Assembly (NCBI GenBank): GCA_951406725.2
Contig: OX597818.1
Span: 61,132,001 to 61,196,000, forward strand
DNA from: Octopus vulgaris
Taxonomy: Eukaryota
DNA: 64,000 nt
Direction: 5' to 3'
The notes beneath the pieces were generated by a model. The model worked only from the letters and a program-made list of their open reading frames with translations. It made no database searches and was not told the DNA's origin. Both the position numbers and the translations under genes were made by a program. This document shows, in pieces, positions 54,025 through 64,000 of this stretch (its first letter is position 1; each line of letters begins with the position of its first letter).

Positions 54025-54408
54025 GTGGAGGCGCAATGGCCCAGTGGTTAGGGCAGCGGACTCGCGGTCATAGGATTGCGGTTTCGATTCCCAGACCGGG
54101 CGTTGTGAGTGTTTATTGAGCGAAAACACCTAAAGCTCCACGAGGCTCTGGCAGGGGATGGTGGTGATCCCTGCTGTACTCTTTCACCTCAACTTTCTCT
54201 CACTCTTACTTCTTGTTTCTGTTGTACCTGTATTTCAAAGGGCCGGCCTTGTCACTCTCTGTGTCACGCTGAATATCCCCAAGAACTACGTTAAGGGTTC
54301 ACGTGTCTGTGGAGTGCTCAGCCACTTACACGTTAATTTCACGAGCAGGCTGTTCCGTTGATTCGGATCAACCGGAACCCTCGTCGTCGTAACCAACAGA
54401 GTGATTCC
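54025..54408 (+). mobile_element. tRNA(Arg)-like-head SINE, full length, with 11-bp TSD
   Basis: Head GGCGCAATGGCCCAGTGGTTAGGGCAGCGGACTCGC..GGTTTCGATTCC has A and B boxes. TSD ATTAGGATTGA at 54014-54024 and 54409-54419. A degenerate minus-strand relative is at ~46010-46155. Confidence 0.85.
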
Positions 54409-54581
54409 ATTAGGATTGAATTGAAATAAAGACTCTTAGTGAAACAAGTGTTGCAACATTTAAAGTTCATTTGTTTGTTGGTTCAGTGTTAATTCTTACT
54501 ATACCAAAATGTTTTTGCAATTCGTTAAATAACAAGTAAACAACTGGAATTGGGGATTACCCAACAATGGTATCTTGACAT

Positions 54582-54813
54582 AAGGCGGCAAGCTGGCAGA
54601 AATGTTAGCACGCCGGGCGAAATGCTTAGCGGTATTTCGTCTGTGTTACGTTGTGAGTTCAAATTCCGCCGAGGTTGACTTTGCCTTTCATCCTTTCGGG
54701 GTCGATAAATTAAGTACCAGTTACGCACTGGGGTTGATGTAATCGACTTAATACCTATGTCTGTCCTTGTTTGTACCCTCTGTGTTTAGCCCCTTGTGGG
54801 TAATAAAGAAATA
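54582..54813 (+). mobile_element. SINE family B monomer with 13-bp TSD
   Basis: TSD GGTATCTT(G/A)ACAT at 54569-54581 and 54814-54826. Confidence 0.9.
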
Positions 54814-54869
54814 GGTATCTTAACATCAGTGAGGCCATCTGTGCTGATAATAAATTACTTTCCTGGCGG

Positions 54870-55493
54870 CTAATTGGCATTTGTACCGGTGGCATGTAAA
54901 AAGCACCATTCAAGCGTGATCATTACCAGCGTCGCCTTACTGGCACTTGTGCCAGTGTGCAGGTGACACGTAAAAAAAAAAACATGATTTTCCATGACCG
55001 TTGCCAGTACCGCCTGACTGGCCCTCGTGCCAGTGCTGTAAAAAGCACCCACTACACTCTTGGAGTGGTTGGCGTTAGGAAGGGCATCCAGCTGTAGAAA
55101 CTATGCCAAATCAAGATTGGAGCCTGGTGCAGCCATCTGGTTTGCCAGTCCTCAGTCAAATTGTCCAACCCATGCTAGCATGGAAAGCAGACGTTAAACG
55201 ATGATGATAATGATGATGATGATGATGCTCAACACACCTCTGTCAAGCCAGTCAGTGACGTGCTACATGATGTATCTGGATTGTTTATGAACTATATTCT
55301 TTTACTTGTTTCAGTAATTTGACTGCAGCCATGCTGGAGCACCACCTTTAGTCGAACAAATCAACACCAGGGCCTATTCTTTGTAAGTCTAGTACTTATT
55401 CTACTAGTCTCTTTTGCCGAACTGCTAAGTTATGGGGATGTAAACACACCAGCATCGGATGTCAGGCATTGGTGGGAGGACAAATGCAGACAC

Positions 55494-55546
<53 letters not shown>

Positions 55547-55705
55547 CAGGCTTCTTTCATTTTCCATCAACCAAATCCACTCACAAGGTTTTGGTTGGCC
55601 CAAAGTTATAGTAGAAGACACTTGCACAAGGTACCATGCAGTGGGACTGAACCTGGAACCATGTGATGGGAAGCAATCTTCTCACCACACAGCCACTCCT
55701 CTGCA
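54870..55705. mobile_element. Family-C repeat (+, 54870-55228) and SINE-A (-, 55297-55705)
   Basis: Family motifs. Confidence 0.8.
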
Positions 55706-55718
55706 TATATATATATAT

Positions 55719-55996
55719 ATAAATGAAAGAATGGAGTCGAACGAAGATGTTAACAAAATTCCTTTACTCTCGTCATATGTTTCGAAGACAACATTTTTTC
55801 ATTCCAAAGGCATGTAGGCAGTCATCGATATTTTTGTCTGTCTTGTTGTCGAGAGAGGCTCCCTTTCTTTCCTGATGAGAAGATTGCATAATGCATCCTT
55901 TATTCCTTTGGAATGAAAAAATGTTGTCTTCGAAACATATGTCGAGAGTAAAGGAATTTTGTTAACATCTTCGTTCGACTCCATTCTTTCATTTAT
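55719..55996. repeat. Near-perfect 92-bp inverted repeat (55719-55810 / 55905-55996), Penelope pseudo-LTR-like
   Basis: The arms match except for one base (55773 versus 55942); the spacer is 94 bp; the element lies between (AT)n tracts. Confidence 0.92.
55867..55948 (+). ncRNA. Type-I hammerhead ribozyme with intact catalytic core (Penelope-type)
   Basis: Stem I CTTTC(55867)/GAGAG(55944); CTGATGA 55872-78; stem II GAAGAT/GTCTTC; GAAA 55932-35; palindromic stem III ACATATGT; GUC cleavage triplet 55941-43. Confidence 0.7.
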
Positions 55997-56939
55997 TCAT
56001 ATACAACACACAAATTTCTGCACATGAACCCGGAGTTTCTACCCTTGACAGGTCGCTTCAACTGTGTTTCTGACATGAATTTGCTACCCAGGTTTCGGTT
56101 AAATGAATTTTCCATGCTGACGATAAACATAGGATAATTCATTCACCTACTTAAATATATATATATCATCATCATCATCATCATCATTTAACGTCCGCTT
56201 TCCATGCTAGCATATATGTATATATATAAAAATCATTGTTTTAATGCCCACTTTTTCATCCTTACATGAAGTTAGATGGGATTTGTTGAGGTGGATTTTC
56301 TACAGCAGGGCACCCTTCCTGTCACCAGTCCTCACCTGGTTCCAAGTAAGGTAATATATCCACATGAAGAGAAAATATCAGCTGTAAAACCCATGTATAT
56401 AATGAAGCATACAAGCTTGATACGGTGCCCTGACCTGTCCTGTAGAACAATAACTTTGAATAACAACTCAGATCACGACAGTTTGTGCAATCTCTGCTCT
56501 CAAGGAAAGTAGACATGATAGAGATGTGTGTGACTGAGTGTGTGTGTGTGTGTGCGACTATGTTTGTGTGTATTACAGAATGTGTTGAAATTTCTGCATA
56601 TGCTAAACGTCAATTATTATGCTACACCATATTTTACAACATTTTAAATTGAAAGCTTACATAAATTCTTATACGAATTGTGGTTTTAATTAACTTCACA
56701 TGCACAACAATGAATTAATAGTAATTTTCAATTTCTAAACTCTTCTATATATTTGTATTTTTTCTAATGCAATTTTATAATTCTGAAAACATCTTAACCA
56801 AGAAAACTGCTTCATATAGCATTTGGAATCTTCTCTATATAAGTTAACATCCATTCTATCCTTGCTCATAACTATACACTACACTGTTAAAACCCTGGCT
56901 ATGGTTCTTATTTTTTCCAGTGAGTAATACAACATATTC

Positions 56940-57855
56940 CATCATCATCATCGTTTAACGTCCGTTATCCTTGCTAGCATGGGTTGGACAGTTCAACCGG
57001 GATCTGGGAAGCCAGAAGGCTGCACCAGGCTCCAGTCTGAGCTGGCAGTGTTTCTACAGATGGATGCCCTTCCTAACGCTAATCACTCCGTGAGTGTAGT
57101 GAGTACTTTTTACGTGCCAGGCAAGGCTGGCAACGGCCATGATCGCTTGGTGCTTTTTACATGCCACCGGCATGGAAGCTAGTCAAGGCAGCGCTGGCAT
57201 CGGCCACGTTTGGATGGTGCTTTTTATGTGCCACTGGCACATGTAAAGTTATGTTATCAGCAGCCAGGCAAAAGAAGTAACCATAAAACAAAAATGGTAT
57301 TGAATGGTATTAACAGACTCCAAATCCTTTAAATTATGCTACAAATGTTTCTTACTGCACACTTAATTTCTAGTTTCTAAAAGCACAATTTTTAAGGCAT
57401 CTTTTAGTGTAAGCAACATTCCAGTAGCATCCAGCATGAATCAAGTTAAGATATAGGCATAGGAGTGGCTGTGTGGTAAGTGGCTTGCTTACCAACCACG
57501 TGGTTCCGGGTTCAGTCCCACTGCATGGCACCTTGGGCAAGTGTCTTCTACTATAGCCTTGGGCCGACGAAGGCCTTGTGAGTGGATTTGGTAGAAGGAA
57601 ACTGAAAGAAGCCCATCGTACATATGTATATGTGTGTGTGTCTGTGTGTGTCTGTGTGTGCATTTGTCCCCCCCAACATCACTTGACAACCGATGCTAGT
57701 GTGTATATATCCCCGTAACTTAGTGGTTTGGCAAAAGAGGCCGATAGAATAAGTACTAGGCTTACAAAGAATAAGTCCTGGGGTCAGTTTGCTCAACTAA
57801 AGGCGGTGCTCCAGCATGGCCACAGTCAAATGACTGAAACAAGTAAAAGAGTAAA
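56940..57855. mobile_element. Family-C repeat (-, 56940-57240) and SINE-A (+, 57455-57855)
   Basis: Family motifs. Confidence 0.8.
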
Positions 57856-58315
57856 CGAGATATCATTTAAAGGAAACTAGAGGTGATTTCTGTAAGCGAA
57901 AAATCTGTTCCAAAAAATGTTGAAAATCGAATAAGTTTGTGAGGAAAGTAGATTTGGTTATTCCAATACTTCAGACAGAACTCCTTTCTTAGAGAAGGGA
58001 TGATAAATGTGTGAGAATAGAATGGAATTGTGTAGAAAAGTACAGTGGAATGATCAGGTAGAGAGAATGGTAGTAAATGGTACATTAGCTGAAAATGGAA
58101 TGTATTATATTTGACTTGTATAAGCAGCACTCCTTTTCCGATATTACTTTTATATCAATATTTTTAGTTTTGTATCTGAATTCTGTGTATTGTCCTTTCC
58201 TATAGTTATTTGCCAAAACACAGATAAAAGGCACTAATATAATTATATGCATAACAGTACAGTGACAAAACTGACAAGAATGATTACCATTTCCACAACA
58301 AATTGTCCTTCTCAA

Positions 58316-58355
<40 letters not shown>

Positions 58356-59469
58356 TACAAGAATTATACTGTATGAAATAATTAGGTCCAGAACATTAGT
58401 TAAATCTAACTTGCCTTAAAAATATAGCCTAATTCTCATATTACTCAACAAATTACCGTTGTTAATCAATAACTCCCATAGAACAAGTATAGTAATTTAT
58501 AGTGCACCTGAGCACTGTATACAATAAGTTCATTATTACCTTTTATAATCCAAAATTGAGTTTAAAATGGTCAGGGAGGAGCAGATAAAATAGCATCATT
58601 TATAGAAGAAACAAAAGAAATCTTAAGTCATGAATTCTTTTTTAAAATTATCAAACTATAATTATATTCTTTAAAAATAATTGCTCTATTAATTCAGAAC
58701 TGTACTCTAAGAAATTTTACTATATAATTTAAAAAAAGGAAAATTAGGGCAATTATTTTTAAAAATTAGTAGTTTTTAACACAAATGTTTTGCTATGCAG
58801 AACAGGCAAATGTGAAAAAACTCTTTCCAATGAAAAATAGTATAGGGATGTAAGTGAAATACAAAACTAAAAATATCTTATAAGTTTTAAAATTTCTCTA
58901 GGGTCGAGTAGAGAATATTTGAAGGAGTATTTTTATACTTGATGGAAGAATATGTGCAATTTTTTTCAAAATAAATGCACTAAGTTGTATAATTTTCCAA
59001 TAATATAACAGGCTCTGTGTTACCTCAAGCTACATACATCAATATTTTAACAGTTTCATTTATTTTTAAGTTTTAGATTGCTTTGGAATATAGTTTATTC
59101 CATTTATAAAAGATTCAGAAATAAGCACTAAGTTGTGGTGAACAATAAAGAACTCTTGGTATTGTTATTTGACTTTTGAAAATGTTAAAAGTACAAAAGG
59201 GAAAAAGCACAATTTTTAAGGCATCTTTTAGTAAGCTGATGCTGGTGCTGAATAACCACCAAGAACTCTGTAAAAGCAGACAAGGTTTATTATAGCTTAT
59301 CACACATTTAGGTGGCTGTTTTTGCTATTGTTCAGCCCCAGGTTGGTCCTGATGGAGTAAACCTGTGATTAAAGCCATTTCAGTAATGACCCTCCTGTCT
59401 TTTTTCTATTGCACATGGAACTCAGAAAAACATTAACCAATGAGCTCTTTTCAAAGATAGTTGTGTACA

Positions 59470-59973
59470 ATTTGAGATTTGGCTGCTATTTTTAGCAGGT
59501 TAAGTAACCGTATATAGGCTGTCTCATTGACTTAACGCTATTAGGCAAAATTTATAGATTTTATAATGCATAATATTCTGGTAATTTAGATTATACCAAA
59601 ATATGTTATACACATTGTCAGACAGTTTTGACGGTGTGGCACACACACCAAAATGGTATTCAGAGCATATTGCATTTGTTTGCCATTGTGTAAGATGGAA
59701 TGAAAGATCAGAGAGCACACAAAACTTCATTAAATAAGATTCATTAAAAATGGTTAGTAATCAAAGATAGAATGTTCACCCCATGTGATTACTGATTTCT
59801 TAATTTGACGCAATGTTGTTTTTTTAACCCCAGGTCAACTCTGATCAAGACGACTTGTGATCAAAAGTGTTCAAGCCATGACATATACATCTATTCCTTT
59901 TTTCCAGAGAGACAGATATGATACAAGGGTAACGTAGCTGCTATTTCTGGCTCCCTCATTGGCTCATTGATTG

Positions 59974-60008
<35 letters not shown>

Positions 60009-61370
60009 TGTGTGTGTATGTGTGTTTACCTAAACCAGGTAGAAAGACCAGTTTTTTTAAAATGGCATGGTAGTTAATATTGTTCAAAGTGATAAGTTGA
60101 ATTATTTAAAGGATGTTTCAACAGGAAACTGCAAGAGCAAATGGAAACTAATTATATACATTAACCTTTGACCACAATTCTTGGTCCATTTTTTTAGATA
60201 AAAACCATGGCAATAATCTGTGTTAGTCTGCCTTAATGTTTTAAATAGTCAGATGGGGAAGAAGAGGATTAATTAGAGAAAACCAAATTGGTATTATTTA
60301 TGACAGATTATCTGTGTGTGTGTGTGTGCGTGCATGTTAGTGTTTGTTAGGAAGAGCATCCAGCCATAGAAACCAAACCAAAAATAGAATTTATGTGCAA
60401 CACATGGTCATCTGACCTCAAGTAAGTGTCCACGTTAAACATGACTGATACAACTCATGCCAGCATAAAAAGTGTATGTAAAATGCTGATAGAAGTTAGG
60501 TGGATAGATGGACACACAGACAGACAGATGGACACTCAGACAGACAGACATAGATGGATAAATGGATATAAATGCCAGAATGGCACTTCTCAACCACAAG
60601 GCTTTGGTACAGTTTCACAGCACAGGACCATTCTATAATCCTGGTCCAACCAAAAACTTGTGAGTGGATTCGATAGACAGAAGCTGAAAGAAGTCAATTA
60701 TATGAGTTTGTGTGTATGCTTGTTTATATTTAGCATCTAAGAAAGTTGCTTTGCTGTGACCGATGGTTTTATTGTCATCATTTCAGCCAACAAATCACGC
60801 ACTTGCTTCATGCCTTCAAAGACATGTGAAGTAAGAGCTTCCTTACTCAGGAAATGGGTGAAGAACAGCAACATGAAGAGCATCTAGATGTCGAAAGAAA
60901 ACGACCCCAAAATACATTTGTCTAACCTAGGCTAGTGTAGAAAAAGGGACCTACACGTGCACATGTCTACATGTTTATAGCTGACTGTTTGAAATTGATG
61001 ATGACCGTCTAAACTGTACTCATTGAAGACAATTCAGTCGTGACCCTCCCATCTCTTTCTATTTTTTTATTATTTCATCTAGTTTCAGCTCACGAGCTGT
61101 GGCCATGCTGGGGCAAGGGAATTAGGACCACATCATTCAATGTGCTTTTTCACAGAGGGCGGTGTGCAACTTAAGATTTAGCTGCTGTTTTAGCAGGTTG
61201 AGTAACTCTATAGAAGCTGTCTCATTGGCTTTACACTATTAGGCAAAATTTATAAATTATATAATTCATAATATTCTGGTAATTTTGTTTATACCAAAAT
61301 ATGTTATACACGTTGTCAGACAGTTTTGACGGTGTGGCACACGCACCAAAATGGTATTCAGAACATATTG
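59470..61370 (+). repeat. Local direct duplication of ~200 bp (59470-59672 / 61168-61370)
   Basis: Shared core ATACCAAAATATGTTATACAC(A/G)TTGTCAGACAGTTTTGACGGTGTGGCACAC(A/G)CACCAAAATGGTATTCAGA; also seen as the near-identical ORF peptides ICSEYHFG.CATPSKLSDNVYNIFWY. Confidence 0.85.
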
Positions 61371-61663
61371 TGTCTGTAACAGAGGATGCAGCCCACATGA
61401 CTAAACAGAGAATCATGACTGCTACACTGACCACAAACCATCAAAAGTGAGGAAACTGAAGATGTGCTACCTCTTCTTAGCTGCAAGAGGATGCCAGAAA
61501 TCCTGCATCTGTTTGCAACTAAATTAAAGCAGATCACCACAGTTTATTTTTACTTTCAGCATCTACTCCCTTAGTTTTTTTCTTTCAACAAGACAGCAGG
61601 GAGATGGTAGGTGTCAGAGCACATCCACCAGGGTCATCAAGTGCACTGCCTCACTTAGATCTT

Positions 61664-61892
61664 ATTACTTTATTGCCCACAAGGGGCTAAACATAGAGGG
61701 AACAAACAAGGACAGACAAAGGGATTAAGTCGATTACATCAACCCCAGTGTGTAACTGGTACTTATTTAATCGACCCCGAAAGGATGAAAGGCTAAGTCA
61801 ACCTCAGCGGAGTCTGAACTCAGAACGTAGTGGCAGATGAAATACCGCTAAGTATTTTGCCCAGCATGCTAACGTTTCTGCCAGCTTCTGCC
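61664..61892 (-). mobile_element. SINE family B copy
   Basis: Reverse-complement family sequence flanked by TCA(C/T)TTAGATCT. Confidence 0.85.
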
Positions 61893-63264
61893 TCATTTAG
61901 ATCTACTACTGCTCTAAGTTCCTATGTCAAATTAGCTTGTGGCCCCGCAGAGCACCTGCAAGAAGGCTCAGAGAAGTTTTGATGAGGAAGAAACTGCATT
62001 TAGGTAGGGGAGTCTCACACACCCTGTTTGCTTACTACTTCGCCGCATGGATTAGCAAGCAGCAGCATACTGTGAGCAAGAGGGCTGCACACGCTACTGC
62101 AGTAGATGTGTCACATCATATATGCATACACAGACGCATATGAGAGAGAAGGAGAGAGAGAGAGGGGGAAGAGAGGGAAGAGGAAGTGTTTGCCACAAAT
62201 ATCACCATCTTTCCTTTTTTTTGTTTTCACATGAATATATATAATATAATATAATGGATTGAGTTGAAAGGTATTAAGCCTGCGTTGCACGTTAGAGGCA
62301 AAAGATATTGGGGATGTTGAACTCTACAGAGAACATTCCAGAGAATGAACAAGTGTATATTAATTACAGAATATTTTAGCAAATAAGAAAATAACTGATT
62401 TATAAATAAATATAATCATAGACTGATTATATTAATTGTCCAGTTTCATTAATATAAATGTAACTGAACTTTTCTATGTGAGTATTAACTAAATATGTAC
62501 TCTGAAATTAAATTTTAAAAAGTCATAACAATATAATGAAATTAACGTAAAGTATAATGTAGATATTAAATCTAATTAACAGTATGAAATGCCCTTCCAA
62601 GGAAAGAGAGAAAAGAAATAAAAATCCCCGAAAACAAGTTCAAAAACCTGGTTAAAATAAATATATAAAGCAAAAATTAAAACCTGTATAAAAACCTATG
62701 TATTCAAATTAAAAATTCTCCTATTTCAACCTAACAAACATGGTAAAAAACCAAGAGAAAGGAAGAAATTCTTAGCCCAAAGAATGCAAGGTTGAAACCA
62801 TGAAAAAAGTAAACTATTGATCGTTATTTCAGGAGGCAATGATAACTATAGAATAATATAAATGTACAGAGGTTTGTAAGTGCATATACAGAAATTGGAG
62901 ATAACTTAAGAAATGAAAGCTAATCAGGAGCCGCTTTTGGGTTTTGAGATAAATATGAAAAAGCTAATAGAAATGTTTCTAAGATTTAATGACATTTTAA
63001 GGATCAGCCAGACGGAAGGGCAGCACTCATGACATTTACAGGTTATGAGAAAGGCATGGGTGGAGGAAAGAGAAGATCCCTACTTCACCCCCAGCTTATC
63101 ATGTGATAAGCTTCCATGCACCTAATTTCATTCACATGGCGTAAGTTGGCATTTGACTATGTCAGATTTATTGTGTTTTGGGATTGAACCTAGAACCATG
63201 AGGTTATGAAGAGATCTCCTAAACCGCACAAATAAATCGTTATTGCATGGAAGTTTCATTCAAC

Positions 63265-63405
63265 GAAGCTAACACATGGCATTGTGGTTAAGAGCGCAGG
63301 CTACTAACCCCAAGATTCCGAGTTCAATTCCAGGCAGTGACTTGAATAATAATAATAATTTAATTCTTTCTTTCTTTATTTATTTATTTATTATTGATAA
63401 TAATG

Positions 63406-63438
<33 letters not shown>

Positions 63439-63610
63439 TCGTAAAACATCTTAGTAATGAGAACATAGGTTCGAAATTTCCCCAAGACACCTGATGAAGC
63501 ATGGAGGGTATATCAGCTGAAATGTTGTGTTAACAACAAACAAGATTAGGACAAATATCTGTCAAATGTAAATAATGTTCATAATTCCTCATTTCTTAAA
63601 TATAGAACTG
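63265..63610 (+). mobile_element. tRNA-headed SINE with internal (AAT)n and a Penelope-type hammerhead-like tail
   Basis: A box TGGCATTGTGG and B box GAGTTCAATTCC (63277-63332); AAT tract; GACAC-CTGATGA-AGCATGG..TCAGCT-GAAA-TG-TT-GTGTT at 63486-63531. Confidence 0.6.
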
Positions 63611-63708
63611 TAAAACTAACACTGTTGCTCTTTTGAAGGCTATTAGCAACAATAATTAGTAATAGAGACTCAAAGTTACTTATATAATAACATAGACATG
63701 AAATTACA

Positions 63709-64000
63709 TGAGGGCTGATCAAAAAGTATCCAGACTGCTGCTATGGTAACGAATTTAAAGTATGCAGAGTGAAGCCCTTGGCACAGATTCATCTTGAACT
63801 CTGACACACATGCATACTAAGTTGTTATGTTCTTGCTCACTTCGTGTTGTTTATAGCAGTGTTTTGAAGTGAAGTGTGTTTGTACGTGCATGTGTGTGTA
63901 CATGCATGTGTGTGTACGTGCATGTGTGTGTACGTGCATGTGTGTGTGTGCGCACATATCAGTGCATATATGGAAAACATTGAATCCTACTTGAAAGGAA
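63709..64000 (+). mobile_element. Probable mariner-type MITE end plus an ~16-18-bp GT-rich minisatellite
   Basis: (C/T)GAGGGCTGATCAAAAAGTATCC resembles a mariner TIR; TGTACGTGCATGTGTG repeats at 63881-63950. The partner TIR is not in the window. Confidence 0.4.

Noticed and set aside
54025-54085. tRNA-Arg-like sequence
   Set aside because: No complete acceptor stem is visible, and it continues into a SINE body bounded by an 11-bp TSD, so it is a SINE head rather than a tRNA gene.
534-63494. Most of the short ORFs in the track (e.g. ..RHLPKMPRSGTEP.., ..QIHSQGFG.., YIYIYI, poly-N, poly-Y)
   Set aside because: They are translations of SINE copies and microsatellites that recur at many positions, and they lack splice or domain support.
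28160-64000. Search for the upstream nephrin exon (..C.V....G.VQW.KDG..L-G) and the signal-peptide exon
   Set aside because: No matching minus-strand segment with a phase-1 donor was found by eye. It probably lies beyond the window, although a short divergent exon could have been missed.

Overview
This is AT-rich, microsatellite-dense eukaryotic DNA. The SINE, RTE and Penelope-type repeat families and the C2H2 remnant point to an octopus (coleoid cephalopod) genome. The whole window lies inside one large minus-strand gene for a nephrin/SYG-2/Sticks-and-stones-like Ig-superfamily adhesion protein. Six internal coding exons were read by hand (28159-27980, 26621-26295, 23281-22991, 17212-16913, 15121-14996, 393-229). 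All have GT-AG boundaries and phase-1 junctions, and they splice into one open frame of 463 codons from the second half of Ig1 to the end of Ig5. No 5' exon (signal peptide, first half of Ig1) was found in 28.2-64 kb, and the 3' exons lie left of base 1. The introns hold many SINE copies, RTE and Dong/R4-like LINE ends, a decayed restriction-like-endonuclease (R2/NeSL/Utopia-group) LINE, a rearranged mariner, non-autonomous Helitron-like elements, MITEs and fold-backs, and a decayed C2H2 zinc-finger array. The most interesting signals are several Penelope-type hammerhead-ribozyme motifs, one with an intact core inside a 92-bp inverted repeat. Also notable are a SINE family whose multimer junction (GGTAT) equals the start of its target-site duplications, and inverted repeats close to exons that could be A-to-I editing substrates. 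All repeat-family names come from motif recognition, not database searches.
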